Assembly: GCA_022822745.1 (NCBI GenBank)
Contig: JAJEAO010000077.1
Span: 5,143 to 69,142, forward strand
Length of the DNA: 64,000 nt
Direction: 5' to 3'
DNA from: Acidobacteriota bacterium
Lineage (GTDB): Bacteria > Acidobacteriota > Vicinamibacteria > Marinacidobacterales > Marinacidobacteraceae
Part shown: positions 40,906-49,074 of the stretch, piece after piece
Position numbering within the stretch: the first letter of the stretch is position 1
Layout: the number at the start of each line of letters is the position of its first letter
Position numbers and translations under genes: made by a program
The notes under the pieces: model-generated
What the model saw: the letters and a program-made list of their open reading frames with translations, nothing else
What the model was told of the DNA's origin: nothing
The model's database searches: none

Positions 40906-41867
40906 CGTGGAGAGACCCCGACCGACTCCGTTGCCACCGGCCGCCAGCCTCGGCCGCGGTGTCCGAAATCGAATTCGTCGGGGTGGATCATCTCGGCGAG
41001 GATCTCGAGCGTTTCCGCGAGCCGGGGGCCCGGCCGGTTGAAGTACCAGTTGCCGTCCGCCACGAACACGCGGCCTCGCCGGACCGCGCGCAGGCTGCGC
41101 CAGCCCGGCTGCGACTCGAGGATCGGGAGATCCTCCAGGGTGCGCTCGATGGGGAACCCGCACGGTGCGATGACGATGATGTTCGGGTCGGCGTCCCGAA
41201 CCTGCTCCCATTCCATCCACGGCGAGTGCCGTCCGGCGGCGCCGAAGAGGTTCTCGCCCCCGGCCATCTCGACGAGCTCGGGCATCCAGTTGCCGCCCGC
41301 CATGAGCGGATCCACCCACTCGATCAGCGCGACTCCCGGCCGCCGGTCGAGTCGGCGAGCCGCCCTTGCGACGGCGCCCATCCGCCCCCGGAGATGCCCG
41401 ACGAGACGGTCGCCGTCGGCCTCGGAACCGATCGCCCGAGCGACTCGGGCCACGTCGTGGAGCACGTCGTCCAACGAGTTCGGCGCGAGCGGCACGAGCT
41501 CCGGAGCAATCCCCGGGAGTTGCCGGAGCGCGGACTCCACATCGCGCAGGCTGACGGCGCAGACTTCGCACTGCGTCTGCGTGATCACGTGGGTCGGCTG
41601 AAGACTCTCGAGCACCTCGAGCCGCACCTCGTAAACCCCCAGCGCGTCGAGCGGGTCGGCTCCCAGCACGGCGGCCTTGACCTGGGCATCGATCTCGCCG
41701 CTCGGGACATCCACGTCGATCCGAGGCGCGGTCGCCACCGGCAGGTCGCCGACATCCGCGGGGAAATCGCACTCGTGGGAGCGCCCCACCAGTCGGTCCC
41801 GGTAACCGAGGGCGCACACGATCTCGGTGGCGCTCGCGATCAGGGAGAGAACGCGCGGATCGGACAA
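40902..41867 (-). CDS. BtuF/FhuD-like (Peripla_BP_2) binding-protein homologue with no obvious signal peptide
   Basis: RVLSLIASATEIVCALGYRDRLVGRSHECDFP, PTHVITQTQCEVCAV, NIIVIAPCGF, NRPGPRLAETLEILAEMIHP. The stop overlaps the CRTAC1 start (ATGA). Confidence 0.7.
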   Translation of the reverse strand: MSDPRVLSLIASATEIVCALGYRDRLVGRSHECDFPADVGDLPVATAPRIDVDVPSGEIDAQVKAAVLGADPLDALGVYEVRLEVLESLQPTHVITQTQCEVCAVSLRDVESALRQLPGIAPELVPLAPNSLDDVLHDVARVARAIGSEADGDRLVGHLRGRMGAVARAARRLDRRPGVALIEWVDPLMAGGNWMPELVEMAGGENLFGAAGRHSPWMEWEQVRDADPNIIVIAPCGFPIERTLEDLPILESQPGWRSLRAVRRGRVFVADGNWYFNRPGPRLAETLEILAEMIHPDEFDFGHRGRGWRPVATESVGVSPR

Positions 41868-42063
41868 GGTGGGCTCCAGGGGGATCGGGCAGCCTCGCGC
41901 CCGTCAGCCCGCGAGGCTCCGAGACTCTACTGCCCCCCCGGGGCAAACGAGTCGAAGGACAGGGGCGCCCCGCCCGCTCCGCCAGGCGAGCCGATCCAGG
42001 GATCCGCCGTGAGGCTTCGCAGGAATGCTGTTCGCAGGATTCTTCCGTGGAATACTCCCGGGA

Positions 42064-42294
42064 ATGCGAATCACCGCCAAGGGACAGGTGACGATCCCGG
42101 TGCGACTCCGGCGACGCCTGGGGCTTCTGCCGGGCACGGAAGTTCGCTTTGACGAAGTGGAGGGGGCCGCAGTGATTCGACCGGGCGTCAGGAAGCGGGA
42201 GCTCATCGAAGAGCGCCTGAGACAGGTGAGTGGCGTGGCCGGCCCGGGCCCCGCCACAGACGAAGTGCTGCGGCTCACGCGCGGGAAGCGCTGA
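42064..42294 (+). CDS. AbrB/MazE/SpoVT-family antitoxin-like DNA-binding protein (no cognate toxin adjacent)
   Basis: MRITAKGQVTIPVRLRRRLGLLPGTEVRF is a typical SpoVT/AbrB swapped-hairpin N-terminus. Confidence 0.65.
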   Translation: MRITAKGQVTIPVRLRRRLGLLPGTEVRFDEVEGAAVIRPGVRKRELIEERLRQVSGVAGPGPATDEVLRLTRGKR

Positions 42295-42353
42295 CTCTGT
42301 CCGGAGGCTGCTTCCGGGCTGAACACCCTCGGCGCCGGCGGGCGTCTCGCCTG

Positions 42354-42698
42354 TCAGTGCGTCCGGTCGCGGGGGAGCAGGAGCGCCTGCGCCTGGACTC
42401 GAAGCCCGACCTCGCGGGTTACATGCGCGGGGATGGTGAGCCGCTCCAGCGCCCGCGGTTCCACCTTCACTGCTCCAGAGCCGTACGACTTGCCGACGAA
42501 GGGGAGTCCCGCCAGCGTGTCGGGGTGGTGAAGGCTCGCCGTGAAGGCCTCGAGGAACTCGGCGCTGTCCGACTTCGGATACACACAGGAGAAGTTGCTC
42601 AGGGGAACGACGCCGGCGTGGTTCCGCAGGAATCGGGTGTTTCGGCGGCCCAGGTAGGCGAACAGCAGGGGAGGGGGCCGGCGATGTTGCTTCGTCAT
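42354..42698 (-). pseudogene. 114-aa ORF resembling only the C-terminal part of an N6-adenine DNA methyltransferase
   Basis: NTRFLRNHAGVVPLSNFSCVYPK...FVGKSYGSGAVKVEPRALERLTIP resembles the (R)xYGGGxxKxEPxxLxxLxIP tail of gamma-class MTases. No SAM-binding or NPPY/DPPY region is present. The ATG at 42698 overlaps the upstream stop (ATGA). Confidence 0.4.
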
Positions 42699-45463
42699 CC
42701 GTTCGGGGGAGTCGGTTCGCGGGGGAAGTCGCCGGTGTGTTCGTGGATCGGCAGGCTCTGGTTGTTGTCTTCGGGGTGCGTGCGGCGGTACTCGCCGGTG
42801 AGGAACTGCGCCGACTCGTCCGCCTTGAAGCGGAGGTAGAGCGCGCGGTGCGCGGCGGCGCGCTCCGGATCCCGCAGGCCCTGGTAGGAGAGCATCAGGT
42901 TGTAGTGGGCTTCGAGATCCTCCGGGTCGATGCGAAGCGTTCGCTCGAGCGTTTCGACGGCGGCTGCGTAGTCGCGCTTCAGGAAGAGGAGCCGTCCGAC
43001 CTGGTTGTTCACGACGCGGTCCCGCGGGTGCGCTTCGAGCACGGTGCGGAGATCCGCGAGGGCGTCGTCGTACTCCCCGAGAGCCTTCCTCGCCATCGCC
43101 CGGAAGAAGAGCGCCCGCGGGAGCCGGGGAGCGAGTGCGAGGGCTCGCTCCAGGGCGGCGAGAGCCTGCTCCGGGTCGCCTTCCTGGATGTGAACGCGAG
43201 CCAGGTTGACTCCCGCGTCGGGGTAGGTGGGGGCGAGTTCCTCCACGCGACGAAACGCCGCCTCGGCGCCGCGCAGGTCCCCGGCGAGGAGCAGGGCGAT
43301 CCCGTAGTCGTTGAAGCGGAGCGCCCGTTCGAGGCCCGGCTCGGCGGCTTCGGGGGCCGGGCTCGAGGCGGATCCCGCCACCGGCAGATCCACCTCGGCT
43401 GAGGCCATCTCGACCACCGGGACCACCGGCGCGGCGCGGTCCGGATCCAGCTCGACGGTCCGATCGTCGAAGTGGGGCGTCACCTCGCCGTCGTCGCGGA
43501 GCGAGCCGCGGAAGACCCACTGCGTGTGCGCCCACTGGAACTTGCGGTAGTTCAGCCGCGCGGTCAATCGGACCGGCCCCTCGATGTCCTCGGGGATTCG
43601 GACCCGGTAGCGCACCGCGTGGGCGGCGCCGGGGGGGATCTGGGAGATGTAGAGCGCGCTGCGCGCCGCCCAGGCGTTTCGCTTGTCGATCGGGTTGCCG
43701 CGACCGTCGAGGAGAAGGGACCGGAAGAAGTGCGCCGAAGGGTCCACCGGGGCGTCGCCGGCGCTCATCGGCGGCTCGTCCGGGTGGCCGGTGAACCCGC
43801 TCCAGTAGAACGGGACGCCGCGGCCGTCCTCGGCCCGAAACTCCACCCACGCCTCCTGGGCGTCCACGGTCCCGCTCGGGAAGAAATGTCCCACGCCGCG
43901 GGTCCGCACGACGACATCCACCCGGACCGACTCCCCGGGGATCAGCGCCGGGCGCGCCTCGTCGAGGGGAGCGGTCACCTCGCCGACCGGTCCCGCCGCC
44001 GGATAGCGCGCCGGGGCGGCGAGCGCCTCCTCCCCCACGGCGAAGGTGGAAGCCAGCGCGAGGGGATCCGTCCCCCGCGGATCGGCGCCGGGGTCGGCCG
44101 GGGGCGGGCCGTGGCCTTCGTCGCGCACCAGCGCGAAGATGTCCACCGTGACCTGCCCGGCGCGCAGGAAATCCCGAACGGCGTCGAGCTGGTCGTCGAG
44201 CCCGAAATGGGTGGGAAGCGCGGTGTTGGCGGCGGCGAACCGGTGCGAGCGGATCAGGCCGTCGGGCGCCGCCGGGTCCTCCCCGGGAACCTCCGGCATG
44301 TGACACCCGGCGCAGGTCTCGGGACGGTCGGGGTAGTAGAACGAGCGGGCGCCCTCGCCGGAGACGCCGCTCGCCTGCCAGTTGTCGTAGCTGTTGAATC
44401 CGCGCAGCCAGCGGTAGTGGTTCACCGGCTCGTCGAGATGGACCTTGTGGCAGGAGGAGCAGAACGCCGAGCTGTCCCCGGTGTGGAGCGGCTTCAGGAA
44501 CGCGGTCCGATGCGGTTCGGGATCGAGGTGGAGGACGAGGTCGTGGAGGGTCCGGAGCAGCGGGTCCTCCGAAGCTGCGAGGTCGTGGAGATCCGGGTAC
44601 TCGATCACGAAGCCGGCGTTGCCGGCGGTGTCCTTGATCCGGCTCACCGCGTGGCAGGAGACGCAGCCGAGGCCGGCGCTCGCGGCCGGCCGATCCACGA
44701 TCTCGGCGAGGGGCCGATCCATGGCGCCGCTGAACAGGAGCGCGTGGTCATGGCATCCCGCGCACCACTTCGACGGCTGGACTCCCACGACCTCCTGCAT
44801 GTACTCGATCGAGCGGCGGTACCACGGGTTGTCGAAGGAGGCGAACCGATGCGCCGACTCGCTCCACTCGCGGGTGATGTCGCCGTGGCAGCGCCCGCAG
44901 GCCTCGCTCCCGAGGAAGAACTCCTCGGGGATCCGTCCTCCGTGCGCGGTCTCGGCCGCCGAAGGGAAGAACGGTCCCTCCGCGCCGCCCATCGCCTCTC
45001 CGGCCATCGTGGCCGGTGGGAGCCCGGCGTTCAGCACCGGTCCGGTTTCGGGGAGCGCCCGCCGCAACCCGCCGCCGATCGGGAGGGCGATGGCGACCAG
45101 GAGCGGCGCGAGGAGGAGCCGTCGGCGGGCCAGCAGGAGCAGGAGGCCCGCTGCCGCCGCCAGGTGGGCCACGAGGAGCGGCCGGCTGGAGGCCGCGCCG
45201 CCCACGACGGCGAGCAACGCGCCGGTCACCGCGGTGAGCGAGCCGGCGAGCAGGAAGAGCCGCCGCAGCGGATCCTTCCGCAGCGCGGCGCGGATTCCCT
45301 TCCAGCTCCAGAGCGCGAGCTTGACGGCCGCGATCCCGAGGACGGGATGGAGGAGGATCTGCGCCGCGTGGAAGAAGTCCGCTCCCCGGTCCGCGAGGAG
45401 GAGGCCGGCGTTGAGGAGCAGGAGCGCGGTGACTCCGAGGAGAAGACGCTGCTTCCGTTTCAC
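42695..45463 (-). CDS. Membrane-anchored pentaheme c-type cytochrome with C-terminal TPR repeats
   Basis: GTG at 45463. Several N-terminal TM helices. CGRCH, CAGCH, CVSCH, CSSCH and CAGCH. The C-terminal TPR run includes AEAAFRRVEELAPTYPDAGVNLARVHIQEGDPEQALAALERAL. Confidence 0.8.
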   Translation of the reverse strand: MKRKQRLLLGVTALLLLNAGLLLADRGADFFHAAQILLHPVLGIAAVKLALWSWKGIRAALRKDPLRRLFLLAGSLTAVTGALLAVVGGAASSRPLLVAHLAAAAGLLLLLARRRLLLAPLLVAIALPIGGGLRRALPETGPVLNAGLPPATMAGEAMGGAEGPFFPSAAETAHGGRIPEEFFLGSEACGRCHGDITREWSESAHRFASFDNPWYRRSIEYMQEVVGVQPSKWCAGCHDHALLFSGAMDRPLAEIVDRPAASAGLGCVSCHAVSRIKDTAGNAGFVIEYPDLHDLAASEDPLLRTLHDLVLHLDPEPHRTAFLKPLHTGDSSAFCSSCHKVHLDEPVNHYRWLRGFNSYDNWQASGVSGEGARSFYYPDRPETCAGCHMPEVPGEDPAAPDGLIRSHRFAAANTALPTHFGLDDQLDAVRDFLRAGQVTVDIFALVRDEGHGPPPADPGADPRGTDPLALASTFAVGEEALAAPARYPAAGPVGEVTAPLDEARPALIPGESVRVDVVVRTRGVGHFFPSGTVDAQEAWVEFRAEDGRGVPFYWSGFTGHPDEPPMSAGDAPVDPSAHFFRSLLLDGRGNPIDKRNAWAARSALYISQIPPGAAHAVRYRVRIPEDIEGPVRLTARLNYRKFQWAHTQWVFRGSLRDDGEVTPHFDDRTVELDPDRAAPVVPVVEMASAEVDLPVAGSASSPAPEAAEPGLERALRFNDYGIALLLAGDLRGAEAAFRRVEELAPTYPDAGVNLARVHIQEGDPEQALAALERALALAPRLPRALFFRAMARKALGEYDDALADLRTVLEAHPRDRVVNNQVGRLLFLKRDYAAAVETLERTLRIDPEDLEAHYNLMLSYQGLRDPERAAAHRALYLRFKADESAQFLTGEYRRTHPEDNNQSLPIHEHTGDFPREPTPPNG

Positions 45464-45464
45464 C

Positions 45465-45485
45465 AGCCTCCAGCCTCCAGCCTCC
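45465..45485 (-). promoter_or_regulatory. (GGAGGCT)x3 tandem repeat giving three Shine-Dalgarno-like motifs before the cytochrome GTG
   Basis: The plus strand reads AGCCTCC x3 immediately upstream (minus sense) of the GTG at 45463. It fills the 25-nt gap after the TVP38 gene stop. Confidence 0.4.
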
Positions 45486-45488
45486 GGC

Positions 45489-46187
45489 TCAGTCCGAGGA
45501 TGCGGATGTGGCGGAGTCCACCCCGGCGTCCCGGAGGGCGCGGCGCGCGATCCGGGTGATCAGCACCGTGACCAGCACGAACGCTCCGAGGCCGACGATC
45601 TGAAGCGCCAGTTGCAGCGCGTCCTCGGTCCCGGATGCCGTCCGGGCCACGTTGCCGCCGAGCCAGCCCAGGTAGATGTAGAGGCAGGTTCCCGGGAGGA
45701 TGCCGGTCGCCGAAGCCAGCACGTAGGGTCCGAAGCGGACGCCGGTGAGGCCGTAGGCGTAGTTCAGGAAGGTGAACGGGAACACCGGCGTGAGGCGGGT
45801 GAGGAACACGATCATGCCGCCCTTCGCCGACACCGCGCGGTCCACCGCGGCGAAACCGGGCTTGCCGGCGACGAACCGGCGGACCCGTTCCCGACCGAGG
45901 CGCCGGGCCGCGAGAAACGCGAGGGTCAGCCCGGCGGTCGCACCCACCCAGACCGCCGCGGTGCCCTGGACCGGTCCGAACACCAGCCCGGCGAGGAGAG
46001 TCAGCGCCGAGCCGGGGACCGCGAACACGGTGGCCACGGCGTAGATTCCGGCGAAGGCGGCGAGCCCCGCGGGGCCGAGTGCGGCGGCGGCGCGGCCCGC
46101 CGCCTCGAGCCAGGCGCCCACCGGGAGGACGATCAGCAGGGCCACGATCAGCGCGAGCACGGCGCCCGCGATCAGGAACTTCTTCAA
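45489..46187 (-). CDS. TVP38/TMEM64 (DedA-related, SNARE-associated) membrane protein
   Basis: VPGSALTLLAGLVFGPVQGTAAVWVGATAGLTLAFLAAR, RLTPVFPFTFLNYAYGLT. Confidence 0.8.
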   Translation of the reverse strand: MKKFLIAGAVLALIVALLIVLPVGAWLEAAGRAAAALGPAGLAAFAGIYAVATVFAVPGSALTLLAGLVFGPVQGTAAVWVGATAGLTLAFLAARRLGRERVRRFVAGKPGFAAVDRAVSAKGGMIVFLTRLTPVFPFTFLNYAYGLTGVRFGPYVLASATGILPGTCLYIYLGWLGGNVARTASGTEDALQLALQIVGLGAFVLVTVLITRIARRALRDAGVDSATSASSD

Positions 46188-47638
46188 CGTCGCCTCCGGT
46201 AGAGCCAGGTGAAGATGGCCTTCGCGCGGGGCGTGAGCCGGGTGCGCTGGTAGGCGTCTCCGACCCGCTGCGCCGCCTGCGCCCAGGTCGGGTAGGCGTG
46301 GATCGTTCCGGAGATGCCCGAGAGCCCGACTCCGTGTTTCGCCGCGACCAGCAGCTCATGCAGGATTTCTCCGGCGCGGGCGCCGACGACGGTCGCGCCA
46401 AGGATCCGGTCCTTCCCCGCCGCCGTGACGACCTTCACGAAGCCCCGCTCGGACGACTCGGTGATCGCCCGGTCGAGGTCGTCGTTCGGAAAGCGGTGCA
46501 CCGCGATCGCCGTTCCGTTCTCTTCGGCATCCGCTTCCCGCAGCCCGAAGTGGGCGATCTCCGGGTCCACGTAGGTGACCCACGGGACATGGCGGTAATC
46601 GGCCTTCGCTCGCGGGACCGGCCAGGGGAGGAGGACGTTGCGGACCACGATGCGGGCCTGGTAGTCGGCGGTGTGAGTGAATCGGTAGGGCCCCGCCACA
46701 TCCCCGAGCGCGTAGATGCCCGGCACGTTCGTGCGCAGGGAGGCGTCCACCGGGATGCCGCGGCGGGCGTCATGGCGGACTCCGGCGGCGTCGAGGCCGA
46801 GGTCGTTCACGTTCGGCGAGCGCCCGGTGGCGACGAGGAGCCGCTCGGCGGTGACCGTCCGCCGGCCCGCCGGCGTTTCCACATCGGCGCGGAGGCCGCC
46901 GCCCGGGTCCGCGGAGAAGGAGCGCACCCGGGCCCGGTTCACGATCTCGATGCCTTCGTCGCGGAAGGTCCGGTGGAGGACTTCGGAAGCCTCGGGATCG
47001 TCCCGCGAGAGCAGGTGCTCGACATCGGTCACGATGGTCACCTCGACGCCGATCCGGGCCATGACCTGGCCCATCTCGCAGCCGATGGGGCCGCCGCCGA
47101 GGACCAGGAGGGACTTCGGGGCGGTCTCCTGCCCGTCGAAGAACGTCTCGTTCGTGAGGAAGGGGATCTCGTCGAGGCCGGGAATGGGGGGGATCCAGGG
47201 ACGGGTTCCGGTCGCGATCGCGAAGTTCGCGCCCCGAAGGCGGGTCCCGTCGTCGAGTTCGACTTCGCGCGAGCTGACGAATCGGGCGCGAGCCTCGAAG
47301 ACGTCCACGCCGAGCCCGGTGAACCGCTCGACCGAGTCGTTCGGCGCGATCGCGGCGCGACGGCTCCGCATGTATTCGAACACCCGGTCGAAGTCGATCC
47401 GGGGCTCTTCGACCTCGATCCCGAAGCGGGGAGCGCGGCGGACAGCCTTGGCCGCCTTCGCCGCGGCGATCAGCGCCTTCGAGGGAACACAGCCGTAGTT
47501 GAGACAATCGCCCCCCATGAGGCGGGACTCCACCAGTGCGACCCGTCCCCCGAGACCCGCCGTGCCCGCCGCAGTCACGAGGCCCGCGGTCCCCGCGCCG
47601 ATGACGACGATGTTGTATCGCCCCTCGCCCTTCTTCAT
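46184..47638 (-). CDS. Pyridine nucleotide-disulfide oxidoreductase (dihydrolipoamide dehydrogenase / mercuric reductase-like)
   Basis: VVIGAGTAGLV, GGDCLNYGCVPSK (redox-active disulfide), LLVLGGGPIGCE, and the C-terminal dimerisation region HAYPTW. The stop overlaps the TVP38 start (ATGA). Confidence 0.85.
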   Translation of the reverse strand: MKKGEGRYNIVVIGAGTAGLVTAAGTAGLGGRVALVESRLMGGDCLNYGCVPSKALIAAAKAAKAVRRAPRFGIEVEEPRIDFDRVFEYMRSRRAAIAPNDSVERFTGLGVDVFEARARFVSSREVELDDGTRLRGANFAIATGTRPWIPPIPGLDEIPFLTNETFFDGQETAPKSLLVLGGGPIGCEMGQVMARIGVEVTIVTDVEHLLSRDDPEASEVLHRTFRDEGIEIVNRARVRSFSADPGGGLRADVETPAGRRTVTAERLLVATGRSPNVNDLGLDAAGVRHDARRGIPVDASLRTNVPGIYALGDVAGPYRFTHTADYQARIVVRNVLLPWPVPRAKADYRHVPWVTYVDPEIAHFGLREADAEENGTAIAVHRFPNDDLDRAITESSERGFVKVVTAAGKDRILGATVVGARAGEILHELLVAAKHGVGLSGISGTIHAYPTWAQAAQRVGDAYQRTRLTPRAKAIFTWLYRRRR

Positions 47639-47739
47639 CCGGATCGCTCCCCGCCCGTGGCCCCGGAAACTCTATTCGTTTCGCCGGCCCCGATTTCGCG
47701 GCCGCGGGCTGCTCCGCTGACCGACCGGGCAAGCGATCC

Positions 47740-48438
47740 TTGGCAACCGACCCGTCGAAGCGCGCCGGGGGCGTCATCCCGAGCCGGGGAGTTCTCGGGA
47801 TCGACGAAGCCGGACGAGGCGCCGCGCTCGGTCCGCTCGTCGTCGCGGGCGTCGTCCTGGATCCCCGCAAGGCCGGGGCGCTGACCCGGCTCGGCGTGCG
47901 CGATTCGAAGCGGGTGGGCTCCGGGGAGGCGGCGCGCACCCGGCGTCGCGCCCTCGCCGCTCATGTGCGCCGTCTCGCGGAGTTCGTGGCGGTTGAAGTC
48001 TTCGACGCCGCCGAAGTGGACCGATTCGTCGAGTCCGGTGGCCTGAACCAGCTCGAACGAAACGCCGCCGAGGCGATCCTTCACCAGGTCGGACCGGTGC
48101 ACCGGGTCGTGGCGGATGGACGCCGACTGTTCGAGGCGCTCGCCGCCCGTCATCCGAACTTCGAGGCGGTGGACCGGGCCGAAGCGCGTCACGTCGCGGT
48201 GGCGGCTGCGAGCGTCGTGGCGAAGGATCACCGGGACGCGCTGTTCCGGCGGATCTGCGACGGCTACCGCGACCGGTTCGGCGATGTGAGGGGTGGCGGG
48301 TACGTGAATCGCGCCACCGAGGCCTTTCTCCGTCGCTTCCACGACGCGACCGGGGATCTTCCCCCGGAGACCCGCCGGAGCTGGAGCTGGGAGGTCGTTC
48401 GGGAACTCGCCGGGCCGCGTTCGCTCTGGGACGAGTAG
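47740..48438 (+). CDS. rnhB: Ribonuclease HII
   Basis: TTG start per the ORF track. GIDEAGRGAALGPLVVAGVVL, DSKR, ADGR, ASVVAK. Confidence 0.8.
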   Translation: MATDPSKRAGGVIPSRGVLGIDEAGRGAALGPLVVAGVVLDPRKAGALTRLGVRDSKRVGSGEAARTRRRALAAHVRRLAEFVAVEVFDAAEVDRFVESGGLNQLERNAAEAILHQVGPVHRVVADGRRLFEALAARHPNFEAVDRAEARHVAVAAASVVAKDHRDALFRRICDGYRDRFGDVRGGGYVNRATEAFLRRFHDATGDLPPETRRSWSWEVVRELAGPRSLWDE

Positions 48439-48453
48439 AACCGTCCCGACCCG

Positions 48454-49059
48454 TCAGCGCCCGGCTCGGACGGCCCGCGCCAGGACTTCGAAGTGGCGCC
48501 GGGCGCGCGGCTCGAGCGACCGGTTGTAGAGGATCGCGGCGGGGTGGTAGAGGGCGATGAAGCGGTAGGCCGGCCACGGTGCGAGCCGGAAGAACCGCCC
48601 GACCTGCGCTCCGAGCGGGCCCTTCGCCCGTTCCGGAGCGAAGCGGCGCAGCGCCGTCGCTCCGAGGAGCGCGATGATCCGGGCGGGCGCGAGAGCCAGT
48701 TGCCGCTCGAGAAACGGGCGGCAGGCGGCGACCTCCGGGCCCCGCGGCGTCCGGTTCGCGGGGGGCCGGCATTTCACCACGTTGACGATGAGCAGATCCC
48801 GGTCGGAGCGGATCCCGGCCGCCTCGCACAGGCCGTCCAGGAGTCGGCCGGAGCGTCCGCAGAACGCCCGACCCGATGCGTCCTCCGCGGCGCCCGGCGC
48901 CTCGCCCACCGCGATGACGGGGGCTTCGGGGTTGCCGCGGTCCACCACGATTCGGGTTCGTTCGCGGGCGAGCGCGCACTGGCGGCAGTCGCTCCCCGCC
49001 AGCCGTTCCCGGAACGTGGCGTAGTCGCGGGCGTCGAGCACGGCGGCCGCGTCGGGCAC
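48454..49059 (-). CDS. Uracil-DNA glycosylase, family 4
   Basis: CRQCAL, VIAVGEAPGAAEDASGRAFCGRSG, VNVVKCRPP.NR.P, ALYHPA. Confidence 0.85.
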   Translation of the reverse strand: MPDAAAVLDARDYATFRERLAGSDCRQCALARERTRIVVDRGNPEAPVIAVGEAPGAAEDASGRAFCGRSGRLLDGLCEAAGIRSDRDLLIVNVVKCRPPANRTPRGPEVAACRPFLERQLALAPARIIALLGATALRRFAPERAKGPLGAQVGRFFRLAPWPAYRFIALYHPAAILYNRSLEPRARRHFEVLARAVRAGR

Positions 49060-49074
49060 GGACCGGGCTGCGCC

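Noticed and set aside
34095-41601. ORFs 34095..37394(+), 34075..35886(-), 37442..39376(+), 39043..41601(+), and the upstream extensions of 34125..38108, 37220..40324 and 39232..41946
   Set aside because: These are shadows of the receptor, cytochrome and CRTAC1 genes. The real proteins start at internal ATGs that give signal peptides and ATGA coupling. The extended N-termini are Arg/Pro-rich and overlap the preceding gene.
42354-44306. 650-aa reading of ORF 42354..44306(-), plus 43472..45559(+) and 44445..46202(+)
   Set aside because: Only the last 114 codons of 42354..44306 look protein-like. The remainder overlaps the pentaheme cytochrome gene out of frame.
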